This document shows, piece by piece, positions 53,605 to 64,000 of a DNA stretch of 64,000 bases; position 1 is the first letter of the stretch, and each line of letters starts with the position of its first letter. The translations under genes were made by a program, and so were the position numbers. Location of the stretch: NCBI RefSeq assembly GCF_000372725.1, contig NW_005202428.1, positions 2,890,670 to 2,954,669 on the forward strand. Direction: 5' to 3'. The notes under the pieces were generated by a model, which made no database searches, was not told the origin of the DNA, and saw only the letters and a program-made list of their open reading frames with translations. Origin of the DNA: Emiliania huxleyi CCMP1516 (lineage: Eukaryota).

Positions 53605-55992
53605 ATGCACTACTCCTCCGGAGCAAACCTCGGCGGGTGGCTCGTGCACGAGGCCTGGCTGCTTCCCAACATCCTCCTCACCCGCCTTGGCGGCGGGAGC
53701 ATCAAGGACAACCAGGAATACGACTACATTCAGCGGATGTGCGAGCGCGGCATTGATGCGGTGCAGTCGATGAGGCGGCACTGGGCCTCCTTCCTGGGCG
53801 AGGACGACGACTACGATCTGCTCAAGGCCACGAGCCCGCCGCCGCTGCTCACGCGTCTGCGGGCGCACGGTGTCACCGTGCTGCGCATCCCGGTGGGCTA
53901 CTGGATGTTTGAGCCGCCCGCCACGCGCGGCTGCCCCAGCGCATGGCCGCCGGTGCCGGAGCCTGCGCTCAACCGGTCACGGCACGGCAGTATTCTTCGC
54001 TCTCTCTCGGAGGAGGGCGTGACTGCAGACGGGTTTGTCACCGGCAACGCACCGCACCTCGCAGCGCTGCTCTCGCTGCTCAAGCCACTCGGCATGCGCG
54101 CCGTCATCGACATGCACTCGCTTCCCGGCGGCGCGGTCCGGCGCATGGGATACACGGGAAAGTTCTTTGAAGAGACTCACGCCTTCGACGGCGCAGACGC
54201 CTGGTTCGCGGCGATGGACAGCTCGGGCGTCGCGGGCCCGCCCCCGGCCGCGTTCCCGTTCCTCTGCCGCTCGGCGCGCCCGCGCGTGAGGCGGCCGCGG
54301 TGAAGCGAGGCGTCGCAGCACCGCTCGCCTCTGACGCGTAGGTTGCCGTTCTCGAGCGGCTCGCCGGCCTCGTCTCCGAGCTCGACGGCGCGCCTGCGAC
54401 CGAGGGCGTCGTCGCCGCCATCTCCCCGTGGAATGAGGCACGCACGGCTCGAGAATACACTGTGATGACCCGAAATTACCCGAGATGAGGTGGCGTGAAC
54501 AGCTCGAGATAGCTGAGATTAGCTGAGATTAGCTGAGATTGCTCAAGGTTGTGGAACATTCGCTCTCTGCGCCCCTGCCGAGAGGCGTAGCGGCCGTCGA
54601 GGCGCAGCTGCGCGCCGGTAGGCCCTCTTCAGCGAGGACGCAAAGGCGGCCGCGCTCCTCCCGCCCTTCGCTCTCGCGCTGCTGCCGCGGCTGCGCCGCC
54701 TCCTGCCCGCCGACCGGTTCGATGTGCAACTCAACTTTTTCAACGCCGGTCTAGATTGGCCTGCGTGGCTCGCGGCAAACGCGGCGGGGCTCGGCGGGGG
54801 CGTGGTGGCAGATCTGCATATGTACCACGCGTTCGATCCGCCGGGCGGGACCCGGTGCGGCATGTGCGTCGCTGGCGAGGCGGCCGGCCGCCCTCTCTCT
54901 CACGCATCAGCCCCGTGCCTCTCCCTCTCTCTCCCTCTCCCTCTCCCTCTCCCTCTCCCCCTCTCTCTCTACGCCTTCTCCCCGCCAGCCCTCGCGCCTC
55001 CTCCGGGCCCAGGCGGGGATGAGGTCTGTGCTCTGCCAGTCCTGCGGCCCGGACGCCGCCGTCTTGAAGCGGCACGCCGACGCGGGTGCGTGCGCTTCGT
55101 CGCGGGCGATTGGTCGTGGAGCCGTGCACGAGCCTCCTCGGAGCCGTTTGGGTAGGCGTGCGGTTCGTGGTGGGCGAGTGGTCGCTCGGCACGTGCGGCA
55201 TGTGGGGGTCGCACCCTCACACCCTCAGCGACCCCGACTTTCTCTACACGTGGCACGCCTCGGCGACCTCGAGCTTCGTCAGCCACGGCGCCGAGGCCGA
55301 CTTCTTTTGGAGCGCGACCGTCCGCGCGGGAGGCCACGACAATATTGATTGATTGATACGACCAGGGCTCCGGCCCGATCCCCTCTCCCCCCTCCTAACC
55401 CGAACCCGAACCCGCGCCCTTTAGGCTACGACCCGACCCTCTACACGCCGCAGGGCCTCGGCTCGCGCGCAGCCGTCTTGGCGGAGCTGGCGGAGGCGGC
55501 GCGGCGGCCAGAGTGGCAGGCTGCCAACGAGTTTGTCGCGTCGCCCGGCTCGGCGATCGGCGTTGACTACTTGGTCAACTGGAACCTGGACCGGCTCTCG
55601 TCCACAACCACTTCCGCAGGCCACCCGGCGGTGCTGCCCGCCGGGCGCACGGCTGGCGGCTCGGGGCAGGCTGGCGGCTCGGGCCAGGCTGGCGGGTCTG
55701 CGGCGGGAGAGGGGCTGCGGGTGCTCGGCTCGTGCGACTTTGAGCCCGCGCCGCCCGCGACGATGACACTCGTCGCGGGCCGCGGCGACGGCAGCTGCGG
55801 CATCTGTGGCGACCTCCCGCAGGCGCTCGGCGCGGCTCCCTCCCTGCGCCGTGGCGGGTTCCCTTTCACCCGAGGCCTCCCTTTGCTCGCAGGCGCTCGC
55901 TTTCTGGGCGACGAGCTACCCCGCCGTCTCCATGTTCGCGCTCGCCCTCCTCTGCGTGGCGGCCGGCTGCTGCTTGCGGCGGCGGCGGCGGC

Positions 55993-56023
<31 letters not shown>

Positions 56024-56243
56024 CATGTACCTTGGGCCGGGCATGTATGTGCCAGCCGCCACCGCCAGAGGCGCGGGAGGGACTGTCCTCGAGATCCCTC
56101 TCCTGGAGGACGAGCCGGCGCCCACCGTTGCGCCCGAGCCGGTCCCGTTGCAAAACGCGCCGCCGGAGGAGGGCGAGGGCTCGGGCGTCCTCCCGAGCGA
56201 GAGCGGGCAGGCGACAGCTGGCGGTGGAGCAGGCGCCGCCTGA
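53605..56243 (+). CDS. Glycoside hydrolase family 5 exo-1,3-beta-glucanase-like protein with C-terminal TM helix, multi-exon
   Basis: GANLGGWLVHEAW, LRIPVGYW, VIDMHSLPG, WNE, DLHMYHAF, VVGEWSL, FFWS; TM segment VSMFALALLCVAAGCCLRRRR. Confidence 0.85.
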
Positions 56244-56496
56244 CCATAGTGACCATCGTCAGATTCGATTCGGGCCGTACCATCTACCAAAAACCTACCA
56301 TGGCATGCGGACGCGGGACGCGCATGTGTGTGCATGTGTTCATTGAGCGCCCAGAGACACCTCTTATAAGGTCCCCTCGGGCCCCTTTAGGCATTAGGGC
56401 GGGGGCAAACTGAGGTCTTCCCGCGGCGGTCCCCTAGAACCCCAGGGGTAAGGCCCCAGGGGTGTGGCCCCTTGGTACTGTAGGGGCTAAAGCCGT

Positions 56497-57606
56497 CTGC
56501 GTCTCCCGTGACGAAAAACGACCAACGCACCGGGCGCCTGCGCCCGAGAACGACTTGAGTTCGAATACGTAGGAGGCATCAGAGCAAAATTGAGCCCGCT
56601 CAGGTGTGAAAAAATATGTATGTATTTTAGGGGCGGCTCGATTGGACGGAGGGTGGACGCGTCCAGGGGGGGTCTAGGGGGGATCACGGCACTGGGATTT
56701 TGCAGCTCGGCTGCATCCAATGGCGATGGGCTGGCCTCACGGTCACGTCGGCGAGGACAGCGACGGCGTCGTTGGTGGAGCGCAGGGGCGAGGGCGTCGA
56801 TCGACGGGCGGCGCGCCAGGAGCCCCTCGCTGGCGCGGTAGCGGGTAGGTCACGGAACGACGGGTCGAGCCCCTCCGCCAATTGAGGCGGCGGTCGAGAC
56901 GGTGAGCGGCTGACGTCCTCGCGGGCGTGGCGGAGTACGGCCGACACTACGTGCTGCGGCAGCCCGCGGCGAGCCTCTCCTCTCCTTAGAGGAAGAGACG
57001 TGGAGGCAGGTGACGCTCGGCGCCGGCAGCGCGGCCCCTAATACCAGCGGCGGGGCGAAGCGAGCGACGGCGAGAAGAGCGACGGCGAGGCTGGGGACGC
57101 GCTGCCGTCCAGCGCGACCGACGTCGGCGGCGCGGTCGCCACCGGCGGCGAGGGGAGCGGCGTCGAGAGGGGCTAACCACATGGTCGTGCTCGCTTACCT
57201 CAAGCGCGATAAGGGTCAACTCGCCGATTTCGAACTGGAGGCCACTCGACCGTCGAGGTGCCACCGGCCGACCTCAGCAGAGTAGATGTTCGTGGACCGG
57301 TAGCGTCGGACCGGCGGCCCATACCCATACCGACGCTTGAAGTGCCAAGAAGGACGTCATCAGTACGAAACTTCAGAAGGCCATGGGCGCCGAGAGAACA
57401 TTCCCTCGAGAGGACAAAGAAAGCCGTCGCACCCCCTCCTTGCGCAGTTTAGCGCAGTGTCCCCCGCTATGTGTCGCCGATTGGGGCACGCTATCCTGTG
57501 CAGTCAGGGCAAGCGGGGGCGGGGGGCAGTCCCATCTCTCCTGTGTACGGGTGGGTTCTGTCTCCAGTCTCGGAGGGGGGCAAGAAGCTAAGAATGTTTG
57601 ATTTTT
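56497..57606. mobile_element. 1.1-kb insertion flanked by a 16-bp direct repeat
   Basis: TAGGGGCTAAAGCCGT at 56481-56496 and 57607-57622; interrupts the repeat that is contiguous at 22877-23200. Confidence 0.75.
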
Positions 57607-58058
57607 TAGGGGCTAAAGCCGTGGGCATCAGAAGGCTTTTCAGACCTCAACCGCGGAGAGGTCAGAGGAGTCCAGTCTGAGCCATAGCAATTGAGCCATA
57701 GAGCCCTTTATCAGCCCATGTCTTCGCACCCGAAGGTCGCGCTGAATGCCCGGAACGGCCGCGTCTCAAGTGCACAGTGGTGTCCGGCCGGCGCGATCAC
57801 CGAGCTGGGTGACGCTCAGGGAAGCCTGATGAGGTACTGGTTTCTTTGCCCAGGCCTGGCCCATGTGCATGCGTGATGCGATGGATCAGGACAGCTGAGC
57901 AAGGTTTGGGGAGAATCCTAAATTAGGATCTTCAGATATTTTAACGGATGACCGAAAATGTGGGCAAAAACGGGGTGATTTGGGTCCACGCTTCGCACCC
58001 CTGGAAAAGGATGCTTTTCGCTGCACATGCTGAAGCCGCCAGGCACAGCATGTGCTGT

Positions 58059-58318
58059 GAACGGAATCGTCAAAATTTGTCTCGTCGAAAGCCAGGGCGG
58101 CATCGCGCCGCCAACCAAGAGAATCATCTTCAACTTCGCCAAAGAGGTCGGCAGCCCGAGCGCCGTCGACCGCACCGACTACGGCACAGCCTCCGGCAAC
58201 GCCCGGGGCTTCGCCCAACACCACTCGCAACAGCTCTCGCGCGCCGCCGTCAGTGGCGATGCGCAAAACATCAACAACGCTGCTCGCAACATGCGTGTCG
58301 CGCACTCATTCATGACCG
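58059..58318 (+). mobile_element. CRE-like family B fragment
   Basis: Near-identical to the reverse complement of 27740-28000. Confidence 0.85.
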
Positions 58319-58701
58319 CTCAACATGTAACGTGCGTTCCGTTCCACGTGCCCGTCCCCAGCAAGGACATTCACAACATGCTAGCCCAGCAGGCCGCTCC
58401 CACCGCCGCCCGCGGCGGAGCCAAGGCGGCAAAGGGTGGCAAGGGCGGCGGCAAGGGCGGTGGCAAGGGTTGTGGCCGTGTGGCGCACCAGACCCACTTT
58501 GCGCCGCCGCCCTCAACGCCCGATACTCGGTTGAGCCGGCGGAGCGACGGCGGCAGAGTTGCGGCCGCTGGCGAGTGCGGGTCCGACCTCACACGGCGTC
58601 GAGGGCGGAGGTTGTGGGGCATGACTTCTCAAAACACGGCTGTGAATAACTCGCACAAAGCGCTTTTACCCACGGTCCCAGCGAGAATACCTACTGCCGC
58701 G

Positions 58702-60357
58702 ATGGTGCGCCCCATTCCCGCCGCGGAGCCACCGGACGGTGCTGCCGGGAAGGAGGCGGACCTGGACGAGATCCTCGATGAGATGGGATGGGGTCGGTTC
58801 CAGTGCTTACACTGCGCGCTCATGGCGTACGTGTGGTTCGTGGGCGCGCTGCAGACCCTCTTCATGGTGTTTGCCAAGCCCGGCCTCAGGGCCGAGCTCC
58901 ACATCGAGTCCTCACACACCTCCGCCCTCAACTCGCTCTTTTTCGTCGGCATGCTTGTGGGCGCGCCCGTCTGGGGCGCCGCATCGGACCGGCTTGGGCG
59001 GCGGCGCGCCTTCAACATCGTCATGGTCCTTTACGTGGCGTGCAGCTTCGCCGAGGTCGTCGCGCCCTCGTACGCAGCCTTTGCCGCCGCCCGGCTCGTC
59101 CTCGGCTTCCTGCAGGCGGGGCAGGGCCTCATCTCCTTCGTGCTGTGCGTTGAGCTCTTCAGCGCGAGCCGCTCCGCGACCGTGGGATTCGTCGTCGCGG
59201 TCGCCTTCTCCGCGGGCATCGTCACCCTCTCCCTCGTCGCCGCGGCCACCGACGCGGCTTCGCACTGGCGGCTCTACGCGGCGGTGCTCTTTGCGCTCGA
59301 GCTGCCCGTCCTGCTCTTCCTCGGCTGGCTCGTCGAGTCGCCCCGCTGGCTCCTCAGCCGCCGCGGCGCTGAAGCCGCGGCGCGCGTGCTCCGGCGCGTC
59401 GCCGCGGCCAACCGGCAGCAGGAGCGGCCGCTGCGGCCGCCGCAGGCGGGGGGCGGCGGCGCGGGCGGCGAGGGCGAGGGGTTGGCTGCGTTGCTGCGTG
59501 GCCCAAAGGTGCGGCAGCGGCTGCTGCTGATGGTCGTGCAGTGGTGCGTCGTCTCGTTTGTTTACTACGGCCTCTCCTTCAACGTGGGCAACCTCTCCGA
59601 GAGCGTGCACCTCAACAACGCGCTCTCGGGCTTGGTCGAGGTGCCGGGCTACGGAGGGTCCACCCTCCTCGCCGACCGGTACGGCCGCAGACCCCTGCTG
59701 GCGGGCTGCCTGCTCGGCGCGGGCGTCGCCTGCCTCGTCGCTGCGCTGCCGCTGCCGACCGCCGCCATCACCTTTGCCGCGATGATGGGCAAGCTCGCCG
59801 CCTCCGGCGCCTTCAACGTCGCCTACTTCTACGGCGCCGAGCTCTTCCCCACGTCGGTGCGAACCGCCGCGATCGGCGCGTGCTCGCTCGCCGCGCGCGT
59901 CGGGGGCATCGTCGCCCCGCAGGCGCTTCTGCTGGTCCCCGTGGCGGGCACGGCCGCCGTGATGGCCATCTTCGGAGCCGCCTCCCTCGCGAGCGGCCTC
60001 GTCGCGCTTAGCCTGCCGGAGACGTTGCACCGGCCGCTGCCAGACACGGTCGCAGACATCGACCCGCCCGGCGACGCGCCGCCGGGCAGCAGGCGCTGGT
60101 CGGGCTGCTGCCCGACGCGGCACGCCCAGCTGCTGGACAGACGAGCGGTGGCGAGCGCAAGCAGCGGCGTGGAGGTCGGGGTTGGCGGGCGAGCCGAGGG
60201 TTGCGGTGCACACGAAGGCGGCGCGCCGCAGCCGCCGTTGGACCCAGGGTTGGAGGCGGAGGAGGACGCGATGGGGGTACCAACGGTGTATGGGGTGCCC
60301 ATATCGAGGTCGTTGGGTGTGGAGCGACGAGGGTGTAACAATAATACAAAGATCTAA
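58702..60357 (+). CDS. MFS organic cation transporter (SLC22/SVOP-like), intronless
   Basis: LDEILDEMGWGRFQ, SDRLGRR, ESPRWL, FVYYGLS, ADRYGRR, AELFPTSVR, LPET. Confidence 0.92.
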   Translation: MVRPIPAAEPPDGAAGKEADLDEILDEMGWGRFQCLHCALMAYVWFVGALQTLFMVFAKPGLRAELHIESSHTSALNSLFFVGMLVGAPVWGAASDRLGRRRAFNIVMVLYVACSFAEVVAPSYAAFAAARLVLGFLQAGQGLISFVLCVELFSASRSATVGFVVAVAFSAGIVTLSLVAAATDAASHWRLYAAVLFALELPVLLFLGWLVESPRWLLSRRGAEAAARVLRRVAAANRQQERPLRPPQAGGGGAGGEGEGLAALLRGPKVRQRLLLMVVQWCVVSFVYYGLSFNVGNLSESVHLNNALSGLVEVPGYGGSTLLADRYGRRPLLAGCLLGAGVACLVAALPLPTAAITFAAMMGKLAASGAFNVAYFYGAELFPTSVRTAAIGACSLAARVGGIVAPQALLLVPVAGTAAVMAIFGAASLASGLVALSLPETLHRPLPDTVADIDPPGDAPPGSRRWSGCCPTRHAQLLDRRAVASASSGVEVGVGGRAEGCGAHEGGAPQPPLDPGLEAEEDAMGVPTVYGVPISRSLGVERRGCNNNTKI

Positions 60358-60783
60358 ACCGTACGGCTCTGAACGGTCACGAAAGGTTCGGCTCGGTCCT
60401 CTCTGAAGTCTGACGAATATCCGCGATATGTGCGCGGTGCCGGGGTGCTGATGTAGTTGTAGACGATGATATGCCATATGCGTTCGTTAGATTATGCCAC
60501 GCGCCTCCGCCGAGCGCCGACGGTCCGACGCCCACCACGGCGAGAGGGGAGATACGTTATATTAAATAATTATATAATTTTTAATATTATGTACGTACAT
60601 ATACGACACGACATACCGCGCGAGAGTGTTTTATGTCATATGTGTTTTCTTTCTCTCAGCGTTTGTAGTTCGCGAAACGAATCGCCGCGCCGGACCACCG
60701 GACCTCAGGGCTGTCGGCTGGGACACACCCGAGACAGCAGACACGAGACAGTCGGCCTCAACACACACGCAACCAGTCGCCAC

Positions 60784-62555
60784 TTAAAAGGCTGACGGGG
60801 CGTCCCGCGCCCTCGACCCGGGACCTGCTCCGTCGCCTGACGCCTCGTCAACTCTCTCTACGCCTCGACCGAGCACCCAACTCTGCGCAGCTTGATCCGA
60901 TTGCGACGGACCACCCGGTTGCGACTGCTGGCTAGGTCTTCCCCTCACCACCGCATCCGCCTGCTCGCGCGCCTCGCTCTTTGCGCGCTCAATCGCGGCG
61001 GCAGCGGCGCGCGCGAACGCCGAGAGGTGCGCCTCTCGCACGCGCTTCGATTGCATCTCGTGCTCGGCAGCGGCCGCGTCGCACACGCTCACCTGCCGGG
61101 TACGCATGGGCGGTGGGAAGGGGCATGCGAGGGCAGAGGGCGGGGAAGAGGGGGGGGGGGGGCGCCACGGCATTGCCCCGCAACAGCAGCTGCTGCGCCG
61201 CAGTCTGCTCGGACCAGCACACTCGCGTGCCGCTGCTGCAGCCGCCGCCCTCGCCGCCCTCGCCGCCTCGGCCGCCGCGCGACACCTCCACGACGGCCCG
61301 CTCTCGCGCGTCGGCGAGCACCTGCGGGGGGCGGCGGCGCGGGCGGAGGGACGGGGACGGGGAGAGAGGGGTATCGGGGAGGGGGGGAGGGAGGGGCGGT
61401 GTCGGGACGGGCCGGCTCGCCATGTTCCAGTGCGGGTCGTACGTGCGGAGCTCGCCCTCGTAGACGCCTGCCGCAAGTCGGGAGGGGGCGTGTCGCTGGT
61501 GCGGCTGCGGAGAGGGGAGCGGTGGTCGGCGCCCGAGCGCCTCGCAGCCCCGCCTGCCGCCGCACAACCACCCGCACGCGGCGGCGAAGCCACCTGCGGC
61601 GACAGGCCGCCCCGTCAGTCGAGCACCCTCGCTGCCTGTGTCGGTGTCGGTGTGCCCCCGCCGCCGCACCGCTTGAGCCCCGATTTGCCGAGAGGCCCGG
61701 GCACGTCAAAGCTCTCCGCCCACTGCTGCGAGAGCGACTTGAGCTTTACCCCGCCGCCACCGCTGCCGCCGCCGCCGCCGACGCCCGCCGACTGCTTGAC
61801 TGTGCTTGCGCTTGATTGCGCCGGCGCCGCCGAGAGCGACCGTCTCGTCCGAGGAGAGAGCAGCGCCTCGGAGCCGAAGGGCAGGCACGGCGGCACGAGA
61901 GGCGCGTCCCGCCTGTGCCGAGCTCCAAAATGAAGCCGAGGTGTGGCTGCGGGGCACGCGGCTGCAGCGAGCCGCGCCGCTCGCCGATGCCGCCCCGTAC
62001 GCGCTCGGCGCGCGGCCGTCGCTCCGAGTCGAAGACGCGCTCGAAGCCCACCTTCGAGTGTGGGGCCAGCCGACGAGTGAGCGAGCGTCTCGGGTGTTTC
62101 GGGAGGCAAGCGTGGGCGGCATCGGCCACCGCGAACCCCTCGCCCAGCGCATCGCCGTCCTCGATCGCCGAGCGGTGGCAGAAGAGGTCCTGCCCTCCGT
62201 CGGCCGGGCAGATGAAGCCGTAGCCCTTCTCGACGTCCCAAAGTCGGACGGTGCCGCGGTGGCGCGGCGCGGGCGGCGGCCCCTCTGCCGGTGGGCTCTC
62301 TGAGCGAGGGCGCTTCTGTCCGCTCGCGGCGGCGGCCGCGATGGCGGCGGCACGCGCGGCCGCAGACGGCGGCCGCGCCGGACGAGCCGCCGCGCCGGGA
62401 AGCAGGCGGGCACAGGCGGCGAGGTTGTCGAGCGGGCGGACGTCGGCAAAGGGGACCGTCACCGACCGCGTGATGTCGAGCGCGCGCTCGACGTCAAAGA
62501 CGTCCGGCGGCGAGAGGAAGTCGAGCTCGGGAGGCGGGCGTCCAAGGCCTAGCAT
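60784..62555 (-). CDS. LSM11: LSM11-like (U7 snRNP Sm-like) protein carrying an internal cold-shock domain, multi-exon
   Basis: N-terminus LDFLSPPDVFDVERAL...VPF..VRPLDNL; CSD GTVRLWDVEKGYGFI...DLFCHRSAI; GPL...KRC; Sm1 GVYEGELRTYDPHWNM|VLADARE; Sm2 QQLLLRGNAV|VSV. Confidence 0.75.
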
Positions 62556-62887
62556 GCTGAGTGTGGTGCGCGGGGACGGAAAAAGAACGCGGCAGACCCG
62601 CTGGTAGCAAGGTTAAGCAACCCAGCGACGGAGATGGTGCGGGGGTACGGGTGTTCCAGGGGGTCACGACACGCACCGACCCTTCACGAACCGAAGGCAC
62701 AGTAATCCGGCAACGTGTTGGGCGCCCCATTCCGTTTAGGGCTAGGTCGGCTCAGGGCCCCGTCCACTTCCCTCCCACTTGGCGCCTGATGATGAGGAGA
62801 TGCCACCCAGGCCAGCCGGGGCAGGGGCGGAGGGCGAGGGCGGAGGGCGGGATGGGCGCCAAGCGGGAGGGAGCGGACGGGGAGGGG

Positions 62888-63073
62888 AAAGAAAGAAAGA
62901 AAGAAAACAGAAAGCCAAGGGAGGGATGGGAGGACGGCACGCCGCCACCACACAGGGATTTTGTGTTGGGATTTTAAGGAGAGGTGTGTGATGCGCTAGC
63001 CGTCGCCCACCCTAGGGAGTCTGCCTCTTCCTATCTCTCTTCGCAGTCTCTCGCCGCTTCTCGCTGCAACCTT
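62888..63073 (-). mobile_element. RVGDG*-family 5'-truncated insertion with 12-bp TSD
   Basis: GACGGGGAGGGG at 62876-62887 and 63074-63085. Confidence 0.9.
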
Positions 63074-63103
63074 GACGGGGAGGGGCGCACCTTGCAGTAG
63101 CAA

Positions 63104-63344
63104 AAGAAAGAAAGAAAGAAAACAGACAACCCAAGGGAGGAATGGGAGGACGGCACGCCGCCACCACACAGGGATTTTAAGGAGAGGTGTGTGGTGCGCT
63201 AGCCGTCGCCCACCCTAGGGAGTCTGCCTCTTCCTATCTCTCTTCGCAGTCTCTCGCCGATTCTCGCTGCAACCTTCATGCCACCTCGCGGTCGTCCCAC
63301 TCTCGTCGTTCTCTCCCTTGTCACTTCCTCCTCTGTCGCGTCGT
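63104..63344 (-). mobile_element. RVGDG*-family 5'-truncated insertion with 12-bp TSD
   Basis: TTGCAGTAGCAA at 63092-63103 and 63345-63356. Confidence 0.9.
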
Positions 63345-63389
63345 TTGCAGTAGCAAGCGAAGTGTTTTCTATCGTCGACGTCCCTCTAA

Positions 63390-64000
63390 ATGCGAGGGGC
63401 CGTGTCACACGCCATCCTCTTCGCCACTGCCGCCGCCCGCCCCTGGTCCCCGGCCGCGATCTCCGACTACGTGCGTGAGCGCGCCGGCGGCCCGCGCGCC
63501 GGCGGCGGCGTCTTTTGGGTCGGAGAAGGCACGTTGCGCCGCGCGAGCGGCCGGCGGATCGCGGCGCTCGACTGCGTCGAGAGCGCCGAGCGCGAGTGCA
63601 GCGGCGGCGAGGCCGGACCGGAGGCGCCGGGAGGCGCCTTCAGCGTCCGCCGCCTCATCGTCTACCGCGACCCTTCCGGCAACGGCACACTGCTCCACGT
63701 TCCCGACGGGCGGGCGCAGAAGCCGGTGCCGCCTCTCGAGTACACCCATGTGGTCCGCATCGGGGCGTCGTCCGCCTCGCCCGAGCCCGCCGTGTCGGCG
63801 GCGCGCGCCGACGGCAGCGAGGTGGCAACGGGCCGCACGCTGCGGTCCGGGCTGCGCCAGCGCCCGCTCTCGCGCGTCTTCACCCTCGACGTGCAGGCGG
63901 AGGCGCCGCGGCGTGGCCGCGGCTCGAGGTCCAAGGCAGAGGCGATCGGGCGGTCGGGCGACGCGGCGGCGGCGCTGCTCACGGGCAGCAGCGGCGCAGG
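63390..64000 (+). CDS. 5' part of a signal-peptide-bearing hypothetical protein (weakly DUF1838-like)
   Basis: Open frame to the window end: MRGAVSHAILFATAAARPW...VFWVGEGTL...RRLIVYRDPSG. Confidence 0.55.
   Translation, partial: MRGAVSHAILFATAAARPWSPAAISDYVRERAGGPRAGGGVFWVGEGTLRRASGRRIAALDCVESAERECSGGEAGPEAPGGAFSVRRLIVYRDPSGNGTLLHVPDGRAQKPVPPLEYTHVVRIGASSASPEPAVSAARADGSEVATGRTLRSGLRQRPLSRVFTLDVQAEAPRRGRGSRSKAEAIGRSGDAAAALLTGSSGA

Overview
Eukaryotic, very GC-rich, intron-containing nuclear DNA. Frequent GC-AG (and some apparent GA-AG) introns, intronic (CTAGACACTTC)n repeats and TTAGGG-type repeats suggest a haptophyte such as Emiliania/Gephyrocapsa huxleyi (inference). There are about 20 host genes: PTC7-like phosphatase end, EEP-family enzyme, cytochrome b5-IDO-IDO fusion, ER-retained TPR/beta-helix/2OG oxygenase, globin, TPR/F-box/LRR protein, two MFS transporters, PIERCE-like protein, ZZ+SEC-C protein, CAMK-group kinase, Sfi1-like/PDZ/IQ protein, CSRNP-like protein, F-box/Sel1/MYND protein, GH5 glucanase and LSM11 with an inserted cold-shock domain. 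They are separated by nests of MITEs, a 3.36-kb three-ORF TIR element and many 5'-truncated non-LTR retrotransposon ends. The strongest unexplained signal is a series of introns built from a 12-34 bp duplication of adjacent exon sequence, often bracketing a simple-repeat filler, which looks like intron gain caught at several ages. There are two 100-N gaps and one low-quality stretch. Exon boundaries and domain calls were read by eye, not computed.
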